In this document: positions 27,337 through 37,259 of the stretch, piece after piece
How positions within the stretch are numbered: position 1 is the first letter of the stretch
Layout of the letters: the number at the start of each line of letters is the position of its first letter
Assembly: GCA_050246755.1 (NCBI GenBank)
Contig: JBFWVL010000001.1
Coordinates: forward strand, 1,849,266 to 1,913,265
DNA: 64,000 nucleotides
Direction: 5' to 3'
From: Bacteriovoracia bacterium
GTDB lineage: Bacteria > Bdellovibrionota > UBA1018 > CAIPTA01
Translations under genes and position numbers: made by a program
Notes under the pieces: model-generated
Seen by the model: only the letters and a program-made list of their open reading frames with translations
Told to the model about the DNA's origin: nothing
The model's database searches: none

Positions 27337-28778
27337 GGCATGATATTCCAGCGCGTGGTGGCGAGGCTGAAGCGCTTGGGATTCGTGACGCTTCCAGGCG
27401 GAAATTTTTGTTTGGCGAGGGCGTCGTCGAGCCGGGTGGTGATTTGCTCGAGGCGGTATTCCAGGCCGATCGAATGATCATTAAACCATTTCGACCAGGG
27501 TTTTTCCCGGGCGGCCGCGATTTTTCGCAGGTAGTTTACTCCGGCGAGCGGGCGGTAGCCGGCGCGCGCGATGCATTCGAGGGCGAGCATGTCCACGGCG
27601 ATATCGTCGGCCACGTCGAGATTCTCGGCGTCGCGGGTGCTCTGGGCGCGGAGGGTGCGGTCCCACACCAATTCCGACTGGGCCTGCAAGCTTTCCGGCC
27701 ATCCTTTCGCGGTGAGGCTAATTGCCGGGCGCTTCAGGCGCGCCTCGAGCACCATCGGGCGCACTAGCAGAAAAGCGAGCTCGGCTTCGTTGGCGGCGAG
27801 ATCAATGGCGCGGGCGCTGAAGGTGAAATAGCCGCCGGGCAGGGAAATATCCTGCCAGGGATGGCGCACTTCAGGCCGGGATTTCAGGCGGAAGACGCGG
27901 AACGCGTTCCAGCGCCGGTTCTTCCAGAAATTTTGGATGGGCTTAGGGCAGCCTTCGAGGGCGCGGAGGCCGGTGGCGCGCATATAAATGAAACCGTCTA
28001 CCTCTTCGTGGGTGAGGGCCGGGAGCTCGAAGTATTTATTCAGCATAAAGCGGCCGAGAATTCCCACGCGCGCGGCGAGATCGATCGCGGGAGCCTTCGG
28101 GGGGCGGAGCTGCAGGGCAAGGCGGTCCCGCTCCGCTTTGCTCTTGGCCTGCTTCACCAAGCTGAATTCTTGGTCGAGGAAAGAAAGGTCGGTTCCGGAC
28201 AATCCCATGGGCGCTTCTTCGGCCGCTTCGGCGGAAGGCAAAAATAAATAAGGCGCGAGCCTGGCCGGGAAGGAAGGCAGGAAGCTGGAGGAAGATTCGT
28301 CGTGCTGGATAAAAGCATTTTCGGTTCCGCGCGAGAGAATGAGGCTTTCGAGAAAATCCAGGGAAGCCATGCTTGGATCGTGGTCGAGCTTCAATTTTTT
28401 CCAGGCTTCCCGCGAATGATAGAGCAGCGCCTGGGATTTTCTGATCACCACGGGGGCGAGGGAATCTTTATCGCCGGGAACCAGCATCATCCGGCTGAAA
28501 ATCCAGCCCGGCTTGGCATAGTCGGCGGCCTTCATATTTTTGGGCGGAACGGGAGTTCCGTAGAGCCAGCGTCCGTAGATTTTCTGCACTTCGAAGGAAG
28601 TCCCGATGGGGAGTGTGGGCCCCCAGGTTTTCGCGAGGGGTAGCCTTTCGGCGTCGAAGGTAGGGGCTTTCCGCAGCTCCGTCCAAGGGCCTCCCACTAA
28701 CGGAGCTTTCCCCTCGGCCAATGCAAAGCTAATGGCGCAGAAATAAAGGGGCGGTAGTAGGCGGAAAAGCACTTTCAT
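27333..28778 (-). CDS. Exported protein with degenerate M48 peptidase-like C-terminal domain
   Basis: Signal peptide from MKVLF; SLPGG, NEAELAFLL, AGYRP motifs but no HExxH. Confidence 0.65.
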   Translation of the reverse strand: MKVLFRLLPPLYFCAISFALAEGKAPLVGGPWTELRKAPTFDAERLPLAKTWGPTLPIGTSFEVQKIYGRWLYGTPVPPKNMKAADYAKPGWIFSRMMLVPGDKDSLAPVVIRKSQALLYHSREAWKKLKLDHDPSMASLDFLESLILSRGTENAFIQHDESSSSFLPSFPARLAPYLFLPSAEAAEEAPMGLSGTDLSFLDQEFSLVKQAKSKAERDRLALQLRPPKAPAIDLAARVGILGRFMLNKYFELPALTHEEVDGFIYMRATGLRALEGCPKPIQNFWKNRRWNAFRVFRLKSRPEVRHPWQDISLPGGYFTFSARAIDLAANEAELAFLLVRPMVLEARLKRPAISLTAKGWPESLQAQSELVWDRTLRAQSTRDAENLDVADDIAVDMLALECIARAGYRPLAGVNYLRKIAAAREKPWSKWFNDHSIGLEYRLEQITTRLDDALAKQKFPPGSVTNPKRFSLATTRWNIMP

Positions 28779-28894
28779 TTCGTTAAGTTTAGGTGCCTTC
28801 CCCTGGGATCGCAAGACTACCAATGGACACTGAAGGGTGTTACGCTTTCTGTAGGTCCTGCGTTTACGCGGGATTGGTGGAGGAATTTAGACCG

Positions 28895-29605
28895 ATGATG
28901 GTCTCCCTAAAACAGGTATCAAAAGCCTATCATCCGAACTCCCTGGTGCTGCGCAACGTGAGTTTCGAGCTCAAAAAGGGCGAATTCTTATTTGTGGTGG
29001 GCGACAGCGGAGCCGGGAAGACTTCGCTTTTGAAATTGATCATGGGCGAAGAGTTCGCTTCTTCGGGCATCGTGGCCTGCGGTGGCGTTAAATATGAAGC
29101 CGGCTCCAGCAAAATGCTCAAATTGCGCCGCCGCATCGGCGTGGTTCACCAAGACTATCGATTACTCAAAGACCGTACCGTTTTTGAAAATGTGGCGATC
29201 CCGCTGTTTTTCGGGCGCGCCGGCACCGGCCAGGAAGCGATGAGCTTCCTCGGGCGCGGGGCCCAGCATCTCGTAGAAAATGCGATCGCGGCCGTGGGGC
29301 TCTCCACCAAAGTTCTCGACGCCACCGTGCGGGAGCTTTCTGGTGGCGAGCAACAGCGCGTGGCGATCGCGCGCGCCATCATCAATTCCCCGGATTTGCT
29401 GATTGCCGACGAGCCCACCGGCAGCCTCGATCATGATCATACCTGGACGGTGATGGATCTTTTCCAGAAGCTGAACATCAAGGGCATGAGCATGCTCGTG
29501 GCCACCCACGATCGCGATATCATCCGCAAAGTGCGCAAGCGTACCCTCCACCTTTCGGGCGGCGGCGTGCGCGTGGACGACCGGGAGGGCGCATGTATTT
29601 TTTAA
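28895..29605 (+). CDS. ftsE: Cell division ATP-binding protein FtsE
   Basis: [38 protein letters not shown]; GGAGG RBS. Confidence 0.88.
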   Translation: MMVSLKQVSKAYHPNSLVLRNVSFELKKGEFLFVVGDSGAGKTSLLKLIMGEEFASSGIVACGGVKYEAGSSKMLKLRRRIGVVHQDYRLLKDRTVFENVAIPLFFGRAGTGQEAMSFLGRGAQHLVENAIAAVGLSTKVLDATVRELSGGEQQRVAIARAIINSPDLLIADEPTGSLDHDHTWTVMDLFQKLNIKGMSMLVATHDRDIIRKVRKRTLHLSGGGVRVDDREGACIF

Positions 29606-30474
29606 ATTCCGCGCTCTCCGGCATGCGCCGGCGCATGGTGGCCTCGGTGCTCACGATCTTCGGCGGCGCCGCTTTGCTCACGGCATCGGCCGCGATCGGC
29701 CTTTGGAGTTATTGGCTGATCGGGCAAGAGAGCCATATCAAGGCCGTGCGCGCGGCCTCCGTTTTCATCGATAGCTCGGACAGCTCCGTGGTGGAGGAAG
29801 TGCTCACGAAGGTGATGCAAGTGAAGGGCGTGGAAACGGCCCGCATCGTTTCCACCCAGGAGTTCAGTTCCTTCCTGAAGGAGCACTTTCCCGATCTGCA
29901 ATCGGCCCTTGCCGATTTGGGCGACGACGTGATCCCCCGCATGCTGGAAGTGGTGTTTCCGGCGGACGGAAATACCTTCGCGCGCCGGGAAAGCGTGGAC
30001 GCTATCGGCCGCATTCTCAATGTGGCGCGCGTAGACGACGGCGCGCTCCGGCTCGGCAAGGCCCTCGCGTCGCTGCAGTGGCTCGGCTACGGTGGAACCG
30101 TGCTGGCGCTCGGCCTCTGGCTAGTGCTCTTCATCGTGTGCCTCGGCCACTACCAAAATATTCTCTATACCGACGCGCAGGAAATTCAGCTCATCCGCTC
30201 CTTTGGGGCCACCAAGGCGGCGATCTTTATGCCCTGGATGATCGAAGCGATCGTGCAGAGCCTGGCCACCGGCGTATTTTGCATACTCGTTCTTTTCGCG
30301 GGCAAAACGTATTTGGCCGAGCTCTATAACCAATTTTTCGGCGCCGTCGGCTACGAGCCCTTTCACATCGATCTGGGCAATTTCATGCTCGCCGCCGGAG
30401 CCATGGCCGGGATGGCCCTCGCCGCCCATCTGCTCGCGGGCCTCGTGGCTTTAGCGCGCGGAAGGATCGTGTGA
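29593..30474 (+). CDS. ftsX: Cell division permease FtsX
   Basis: 4-TM topology, EIQLIRSFGAT; lies between ftsE and envC. Confidence 0.82.
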   Translation: MYFLNSALSGMRRRMVASVLTIFGGAALLTASAAIGLWSYWLIGQESHIKAVRAASVFIDSSDSSVVEEVLTKVMQVKGVETARIVSTQEFSSFLKEHFPDLQSALADLGDDVIPRMLEVVFPADGNTFARRESVDAIGRILNVARVDDGALRLGKALASLQWLGYGGTVLALGLWLVLFIVCLGHYQNILYTDAQEIQLIRSFGATKAAIFMPWMIEAIVQSLATGVFCILVLFAGKTYLAELYNQFFGAVGYEPFHIDLGNFMLAAGAMAGMALAAHLLAGLVALARGRIV

Positions 30475-31668
30475 ATGTGGATCCTCGCTCTTTTCGCGCT
30501 TAGCTCCGCTCACGCGGCGCCGGCTCAGCCCAAAGTGGTGCAAAAGCAGGATCTTCAGCATATTCAGGAAGAAGTGCGCCGGCTGGAGAACAGCATCAAA
30601 TCGGCGCAGGAAACGGCCGCTTCGCTTTCTTCGGAGCTCGGCAAGCTCGAAAAACTTTTGAAGCTCCAGGCCCTCGAGATCCAGCTGTCTTCGCTTGAGC
30701 TCGAAAAACTCGGCGATCACGTGCAGGAAATGACGATGCGCCGGGATAGCCTCCAGCAAAGCATCAATACGCGTAAAGCCCGACTGCGCCATTTGCTCTC
30801 GCTGTTGCCCACGCTGGAAACGCGTTCGCCGATCGCGCGCCTCACCGAATCCGATGGGCCCTACCTCGTGCAGTACAAGGAATTGCTCGGAAAAATTTTG
30901 AAGACCGACCGTGAAGAAATCGTTTCCCTGCGAAAGGTACTGGATGAAGTGCAGTCGCTGAACGAGAAGCTGGCCGACGACCGGGAGCGCCTGGTAGCGC
31001 ATAATGAAGACCTGCGCGAGAAGCAGGAAGTGCTCGAGCTGAACCAGAAGTTAAAAAAAGATCTCCTGCGCAAGACTCGGGCCGAGCAAACGGACCGGTT
31101 GCGGGCGTACCAGTCGGCGAAGGCCGCCGAGAGCGAGCTCGAAACCGTGCTGAGCCGCTTCAATATTGCGGCCGAGCTTAAGAAGCAGCAGGATGAAGCA
31201 TTGGCGATTACGCCCGTTCCGCGGCGGCCGGGCGTGGGATTTGCCGCCCGCAAAGGCGGCCTCGTTCTTCCCGCCGAAGGGGACATCGTTACCAGCTTCG
31301 GGCGGCGCTACGATCCAAAAACGAGTTTGTATACTTTTCACAAAGGCGTAGACATTCAGTCCGGATCGGCGGCGCCGGTGAAGGCCGTTTTTGCCGGAAA
31401 AGTGGTGTTCTCGGGTAAGATCGGCGGCTACGGGCAGCTGCTAATTCTCGACCACGGTGATCAGTACTATAGTCTCGTGGGCCAGCTCGGTGAGAGCCTC
31501 AAACAAGAGGGGGATGAGGCGAAGGAGGGCGAAATGATCGGCCGTTCCTCGCTCGACGGTACCCCCGTCTATTTTGAGATCCGCCAGCGCCATATTGCCG
31601 TGAATCCGGTACCGTGGTTTGTGGCGAAAGAGAAAAGCCGCCACTTGAGCGCGAAACTTCCCGAGTGA
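30475..31668 (+). CDS. envC: Murein hydrolase activator EnvC-like
   Basis: Long coiled coil plus M23 domain (HKGVDI, GYGQLLILDHG) lacking the HxH ligand motif. Confidence 0.85.
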   Translation: MWILALFALSSAHAAPAQPKVVQKQDLQHIQEEVRRLENSIKSAQETAASLSSELGKLEKLLKLQALEIQLSSLELEKLGDHVQEMTMRRDSLQQSINTRKARLRHLLSLLPTLETRSPIARLTESDGPYLVQYKELLGKILKTDREEIVSLRKVLDEVQSLNEKLADDRERLVAHNEDLREKQEVLELNQKLKKDLLRKTRAEQTDRLRAYQSAKAAESELETVLSRFNIAAELKKQQDEALAITPVPRRPGVGFAARKGGLVLPAEGDIVTSFGRRYDPKTSLYTFHKGVDIQSGSAAPVKAVFAGKVVFSGKIGGYGQLLILDHGDQYYSLVGQLGESLKQEGDEAKEGEMIGRSSLDGTPVYFEIRQRHIAVNPVPWFVAKEKSRHLSAKLPE

Positions 31669-31723
31669 TCCAAACTCTGCGAAAATAGTAGGGACCAATT
31701 CCCGTGTTCGCGAAAGGATTCCC

Positions 31724-33067
31724 ATGCGTTCCGCCCATTTGCTATTGTTGTTCTCCTTCGTGTCTTCTTCCGTGCTGGCCGCTGAGGCCGAGAAGAAAGA
31801 CGCCGTTGTTTCGAACGCGAAGTACGACGATATCGCGCTCTTCGGGCGCGTGATCAATTTCATCGAAAAACAATACGTGGATAAGGTGAATACCAAAGAG
31901 CTCGTGTACGGCGCGATCAAAGGAATGCTCGAGACGCTCGATCCCCACTCGAATTTCATGCCGCCCGATATCTATACCCAGCTGAAAACCGACACGGCCG
32001 GAAAATTCGGCGGCCTCGGGATCGAAGTATGGGTGAACAAGGATGGAGTGCTCACCGTGGTCACGCCGATGGAAGGCACGCCCGCTTGGAAAGCCGGGAT
32101 CAAGCCGGGAGACCGCATCCTGCGCATCAATAACGACTCGACCAAGGGCATGAGCATCGTGGAGGCCACCTCGAAAATTCGCGGCGATATCGGTACCTCG
32201 ATCAAGTTCACCGTGCAGCGCGACGGCGTAAGCAAGCCGCTCGAATTCACGATGAAGCGCGTTTCCATCGACGTGAAAAGCGTGAAGTACGAATTGCTCG
32301 CGGGGAACTATGGCTACGTGAAGCTCAATCATTTCCAGGAAAAATCGGCGCAGGAGATGAAGGCCGCGATCAAAAAAATGGAAGCCAAGCAGAAGCTCGC
32401 GGGTCTGATCCTGGATTTGCGCAATAATCCCGGCGGATTGCTCGACGAAGCGGTGGAAAGCGCCAATCTTTTCATCGACGGGGGCGTGATCGTTTCCACT
32501 ATCGGCCGCAATAAAGACGAGAAGGACATGAAATACGCTAAGTCGGGGATTGCGCGCCTCGATTTCCCCATCGTGGCCCTGGTGAACGGCAGCTCGGCTT
32601 CCGCCGCGGAGATTATGGCCGGTGCCCTGAAAGATCATAAGCGCGCCCTTATCGCGGGCCAGCGCACCTTCGGCAAAGGATCGGTGCAGACCGTGATTCC
32701 ACTTGCCGAAGACGTGGGCCTCAAGCTCACGATCGCTCGTTACTATACGCCGAATGGGATTTCCATTCAGGCCAAGGGCATCGAACCCGATATCTACCTC
32801 GACGATATTGATCCCGACACGGTGAAGCGCATCCGTAAGCGCAACAAGACGATGAGTGAGGCTGACCTCAAAAATCATATCGTGGAAGGGAACGGAGATC
32901 GCAATGCTAAGGGCGAGGGTGATAGCGACGAAGAAAAAGCGCAAGAGGCCAAAGATTCCGTACCCCGCCTGCTTGATCCCAAAGAGGATTATCAAGTACA
33001 ACAGGCTCTGAACTACCTAAAGACCATGAATTTCAAGGCTCCCAATACCGGCCCCGTAACGTTATGA
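31724..33067 (+). CDS. ctpA: S41 C-terminal processing peptidase
   Basis: PDZ domain (GGLGI), LDLRNNPGG, SASAAEI, TFGKGSVQ. Confidence 0.92.
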   Translation: MRSAHLLLLFSFVSSSVLAAEAEKKDAVVSNAKYDDIALFGRVINFIEKQYVDKVNTKELVYGAIKGMLETLDPHSNFMPPDIYTQLKTDTAGKFGGLGIEVWVNKDGVLTVVTPMEGTPAWKAGIKPGDRILRINNDSTKGMSIVEATSKIRGDIGTSIKFTVQRDGVSKPLEFTMKRVSIDVKSVKYELLAGNYGYVKLNHFQEKSAQEMKAAIKKMEAKQKLAGLILDLRNNPGGLLDEAVESANLFIDGGVIVSTIGRNKDEKDMKYAKSGIARLDFPIVALVNGSSASAAEIMAGALKDHKRALIAGQRTFGKGSVQTVIPLAEDVGLKLTIARYYTPNGISIQAKGIEPDIYLDDIDPDTVKRIRKRNKTMSEADLKNHIVEGNGDRNAKGEGDSDEEKAQEAKDSVPRLLDPKEDYQVQQALNYLKTMNFKAPNTGPVTL

Positions 33068-34296
33068 ACTTATTCGAAACGCAAGACGATCTTTTCGGCC
33101 GCCCCCAGGAAGGCGAAGAGAAGATCGTGAGCGTTTCGGAGCTGACGGCCGCCGTAAAGGAATTGCTGGAAGAAGGTATCGGTTCGATCTCGGTGCGCGG
33201 GGAAATTTCCAACTGGCGCCCGGCCGCAAGCGGGCATATTTATTTTTCGCTTAAAGATACCGACGCCACGATCGCCTCCGCTTTTTTCCGCGCCGCCGCC
33301 GCCAAGGCCAAGCACCTTAATTTGAAAGACGGCGTGGAAGTGGTGTGCCGGGGAAGAATTTCCGTTTACGCCCCTCGCGGCACCTACCAGATCATCGTGG
33401 AGAGCATCGAACTCGTGGGTGCCGGTAGCCTCCAGGAAAAATTCGAAGCTCTGAAAAGAAAACTTTTTGCCGAAGGCCTCTTCGATGCGGAACGAAAGCG
33501 CGCCTTGCCGCTCCTTCCCTCGCGCATCGTGGTGATCACCAGCCCTACTGGCGCCGCGATCCGCGACGTGCTCTCCGTGCTGAAGCGCCGCTCGGCCGGC
33601 GTGAGCGTGATGATCATCCCGGCTTTGGTACAGGGCGAATGCGCCCCCGCTGAGCTTATTAAGGCATTGCGCACGGCCAACGAATATAAGCTCGGCGACG
33701 TGATTTTGCTCACTCGCGGCGGGGGATCGCTCGAAGACTTGTGGTGCTTCAACGACGAAAATCTCGCGCGCGAAATTTTTAACTCCGCCATTCCGGTGGT
33801 GAGCGCCGTGGGCCACGAAATTGATTTTACGATCGCTGATTTCGTGGCGGACCTTCGCGCCGCCACGCCTTCGGCCGCCGCCGAGCTGCTCGTGCAGGAG
33901 CAAGGCGCGCTCCTCGAGAATCTTCGCGAGGCGGAGCTTCGTCTCGTGCGTGCCGTCCAAAACGAGCTCGAGCAGGCCGGCCTTCGCGTGGCGAACCTTG
34001 CGGCTCGCCTGAAGAATCCCCTCGATCGTATCAATGATTTGCGGCTTCGCTTCGACGATTGGCAGGAACGCCTCGCCTCTGGCATGCAACAGACGATCAC
34101 GCGACAACGCGAGCGTTTGCTTCGCTTTGAGGGGTCGCTCCAGGCGCTTTCCCCTCTCCAAGTATTAGAGCGCGGCTATAGCATCGCGTTTGCCGCCGAC
34201 GGACAGGCGCTGAAGAGCGCCGCGGAGCTGCCCAAGGGCACGAAATTTCAGTTGCGCCTGCACGACGGCACGATCGCCGCGGAAGCGAAGGGCTAA
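33064..34296 (+). CDS. xseA: Exodeoxyribonuclease VII large subunit
   Basis: GEISN..SGHIYFSLKD, TSPTGAAIRD, RGGGSLEDL, GHEIDFT. Confidence 0.95.
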   Translation: MNLFETQDDLFGRPQEGEEKIVSVSELTAAVKELLEEGIGSISVRGEISNWRPAASGHIYFSLKDTDATIASAFFRAAAAKAKHLNLKDGVEVVCRGRISVYAPRGTYQIIVESIELVGAGSLQEKFEALKRKLFAEGLFDAERKRALPLLPSRIVVITSPTGAAIRDVLSVLKRRSAGVSVMIIPALVQGECAPAELIKALRTANEYKLGDVILLTRGGGSLEDLWCFNDENLAREIFNSAIPVVSAVGHEIDFTIADFVADLRAATPSAAAELLVQEQGALLENLREAELRLVRAVQNELEQAGLRVANLAARLKNPLDRINDLRLRFDDWQERLASGMQQTITRQRERLLRFEGSLQALSPLQVLERGYSIAFAADGQALKSAAELPKGTKFQLRLHDGTIAAEAKG

Positions 34297-34308
34297 GGGG
34301 ACAAGGCC

Positions 34309-35979
34309 ATGGAGAGGGTTTGGATCGTAAGCGAGGATTTATACGCCAAGCGCGATGAGTTCCCGCGTTATCCGCAGGCCGAGATCGTGATTCTTCCTTC
34401 GCTGAAGGATTTCCGCGAGCAGCTCGCCGCCGGTGAACGCGCGTTATTGCTTTCCGGCCTCGATAACTTGCGGCGCGCCCACGAGGAATTTCCCGACCGC
34501 CTGACCTCCGCCCTGCTCCCACCCGACGCCAACCCCGATCGCCTCGTGTATTCGATCCGCGCGCTCATCCGCGATGCCAAGCTGGAGCACGATCTCGGCG
34601 CGGCCGATAATGTGTCCTGGAGTGGAGGAGCCGGGGCCTTCGATGATCCCTCAATCGAGCTGCTCGGCGCGAGCATCCTGGAGCTTTCCGCTGCCCGCGA
34701 CATGGAATCGGTGGATCAGGCGGTGAAGAAAGTCTGCGCCGGCATGGCCCCGGTGCTAGAAGCGCGCGTGCTGGCCTATCCCGAAACGGCGAGCGTGCGG
34801 GAAATGAGCCAATACCAGCTGGCAATGCCCGTGCATTTTCAGGGCAGCCTGAAGGCGCATATTTATATCCGTTTCGACGGCGACCCGGAGCAAAGCGCGC
34901 TCGACCGGGTAGGAGAGATTTTACTCAATCTCAGCGACGCCGTGGCTCTTTCGGTGGAGCGGAACCGCATGCTTTCCCGCGCCGAAGAAACGAAAGCAGT
35001 TTGGGAAGCGAGCTTCGACGCGGTGGAAGATCCCGTGGCCATCCTCGACGAAAGCTACCGCGTGCTGCGCGGTAACCGCGCCTACAGCCGCTTCACCGAT
35101 ACGCCGCTCAAGATGCTGCAGGGTAAGAATCCCGGGTTCGTCAGCGTGGCCGAGCTCGCGCAATTTCCCAGTGAAAAATCCAGCGAGTTCGAGGTTTCTC
35201 ACGGAGGCCGACAGTACCGCGCGTTCTTCGATCCCATTCCGCAACCCCTCGGCGCCGGCTGCTACGTGCTGCGCTTTCACGATATTACCGAAGAGCGCAC
35301 CCTTACCGAGAAGATCTTGGCCAAGGAGCAGGTTTCGGAACTCGGGATCCTGGTGGGATCCGTGGCGCACGAGATCAACAATCCCATCGGCGGCATTCTT
35401 GCCATCGGCCAGATTTTGATGAAGGACATTGGCGCGCAAGAACCGCTCTACGGAGATATCGAGAATATCGTGCAGAGCGCGGAACGCTGCCGCAAGATCA
35501 TCCAGACCATGCTTTCTCTCGTGCGCAAGGCCGACGAGGAGAAGAAAGCGCTCGGCATCGCGGACTGCATCCAGAGCGCCCTCGATTTACTCGGCTCGGA
35601 GGCCAAGCGCCTTCAGGTAAGGCTGCGGTTCGCACCCAATTCGGGCACGATGAACCTGCAGGCGGTGGGAAACCGGAATCGCCTGTTGCAGATGTTTTTT
35701 CATCTCCTGCAGCAGTCCCTGCTCGCCATCGCCGAACGCAGAAAGCGCGATCAGTTCGATCCTTACCTCGCCATCGAGCTGATCCCGGGCTACCAGAACC
35801 TCGAAGTGCGCATCGAGGATAACGGTGATCCCATCAAGCACGAATACGAGATCCAAAGCTCGGTGGCTTTCACGGTTTCGAAGATGATTCTAGAGGAGCA
35901 TGAGCTTGGTTATTTTTTCTCGAAGCTCGAGGGCAAGAACCAGCAGCGACTGATTTTTAATCTGCCCGAGCGAAACTAA
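34309..35979 (+). CDS. Histidine-kinase-like protein with degenerate ATPase domain
   Basis: PAS-like segment and H-box VAHEINNP; N-box and G2-box eroded. Confidence 0.8.
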   Translation: MERVWIVSEDLYAKRDEFPRYPQAEIVILPSLKDFREQLAAGERALLLSGLDNLRRAHEEFPDRLTSALLPPDANPDRLVYSIRALIRDAKLEHDLGAADNVSWSGGAGAFDDPSIELLGASILELSAARDMESVDQAVKKVCAGMAPVLEARVLAYPETASVREMSQYQLAMPVHFQGSLKAHIYIRFDGDPEQSALDRVGEILLNLSDAVALSVERNRMLSRAEETKAVWEASFDAVEDPVAILDESYRVLRGNRAYSRFTDTPLKMLQGKNPGFVSVAELAQFPSEKSSEFEVSHGGRQYRAFFDPIPQPLGAGCYVLRFHDITEERTLTEKILAKEQVSELGILVGSVAHEINNPIGGILAIGQILMKDIGAQEPLYGDIENIVQSAERCRKIIQTMLSLVRKADEEKKALGIADCIQSALDLLGSEAKRLQVRLRFAPNSGTMNLQAVGNRNRLLQMFFHLLQQSLLAIAERRKRDQFDPYLAIELIPGYQNLEVRIEDNGDPIKHEYEIQSSVAFTVSKMILEEHELGYFFSKLEGKNQQRLIFNLPERN

Positions 35980-37259
35980 ACTTCCGCCAGATATTTCTTC
36001 GTGAGCACTTTCGCGGCCTCCACGCCGGGCTGATCGAAGGGATTGAGCTCCATGAGGGCGCCCGCTATCGCGGTGGTGCTTTCGCAGAAGAAAAACAAAG
36101 CGCCCACGGCGAATTCGTCGAGGTGGTCCACTTCGATCGTGCAATTGGGTACGCCCTGATTGGTGAGCGCATCGCGGGTGGCGCGGAATTCCGCATCGAA
36201 TAGATGGAGCATGGATTTTCCGCGCAGTTCTTCGAACGACGGTAATCCCGCCACCTTTTCCGGCAGGGTAAGCGGCAAAGTCTCCCGGCTCTCTTTCACG
36301 TGCACGAGGATCACTACCTTATCGCGCGGGCCTTCCATATAAAGCTGCATCTGCGAGTGCTGGTCGGTGGTGCCGATGGCGGGGTAAGGGGTAAAGCCGT
36401 GCCCGCCTTTGCCTAGGCTCTCGGCCCAAAGCTGGCAAAACCAGCGGGAGAAAGCCTGGAGCCGCGAGCTGTAGGGCATGAATATGGTGATGGGGAACTT
36501 GCGGGCGTTTTCTACCAGCGAGCGGGCGAGGCGGGCGCAGGGGTTTTCGTCCCAGGCGTTCTTCTCCCAGACGGCTACGGAGCGCGCACCTTCGAGAAAG
36601 GCGGGAAGCGAAAGGCCCACGAACGCCGCGGGAAAAAGGCCCACGGGCGTGAGCACGGAAAATCTCCCACCCACGGGCGAGGGCACGTCGAGGCAGGCGA
36701 GATTCCAGCGCGAAGCCAGCTCGCGGAGATCGCCTTTGCTGGGATCCGTGCAAAGCACGAAATGCTTTTTCCAGTCATTATCAGGAAGTTTCTTCTGGGC
36801 CCAGGCAAGCGAGACCAGGAACTGGGAGATCGTTTCCGGCGTTTTTCCCGACTTAGAAACCACGTAGAAGAGGGTGGTTTCGGGATCCAGGTTTTGGAGC
36901 ATCCACTGGAACCAAACGGGGTCGTTATTGTCCATGAAATGGAAGTGGGGCGCTTCTCCCATCGGCTTAAGCGCGCGCAGCATCGTCTCGGGGCCGAGGC
37001 TCGAGCCGCCGGTGCCGAGGAGAACGAAGTCTTTGATTTTTTTCCCGGTGCTGCCGTGTTGGCGCTCTCGGGCGAGCTTTTCGATTTCGGAAAAATTCGG
37101 GAAGCAGTCGCTGCCCGGATCGAGGAGCCGGCGGTATCCCGCGAAGTCCGACGAATGCCATTCCTTGAGTTTGCTCTCGATGAGCTTGGCTTTTTCGGTC
37201 CCGATGGGCGCATCGAAGCCGGGAATTTTTGCGTCGATAAGCTGGAGCGATTCTCTCAC
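35976..37259 (-). CDS. pgi: Glucose-6-phosphate isomerase
   Basis: GTGGSSLG, SKSGKTPET, VGGRFSV, QLWAESLGK, DQHSQ, NPFDQPGVE. Confidence 0.93.
   Translation of the reverse strand: MRESLQLIDAKIPGFDAPIGTEKAKLIESKLKEWHSSDFAGYRRLLDPGSDCFPNFSEIEKLARERQHGSTGKKIKDFVLLGTGGSSLGPETMLRALKPMGEAPHFHFMDNNDPVWFQWMLQNLDPETTLFYVVSKSGKTPETISQFLVSLAWAQKKLPDNDWKKHFVLCTDPSKGDLRELASRWNLACLDVPSPVGGRFSVLTPVGLFPAAFVGLSLPAFLEGARSVAVWEKNAWDENPCARLARSLVENARKFPITIFMPYSSRLQAFSRWFCQLWAESLGKGGHGFTPYPAIGTTDQHSQMQLYMEGPRDKVVILVHVKESRETLPLTLPEKVAGLPSFEELRGKSMLHLFDAEFRATRDALTNQGVPNCTIEVDHLDEFAVGALFFFCESTTAIAGALMELNPFDQPGVEAAKVLTKKYLAEV

Noticed and set aside
30475-31668. Degenerate M23 active site as a novelty
   Set aside because: Loss of catalytic ligands is the established state of EnvC.
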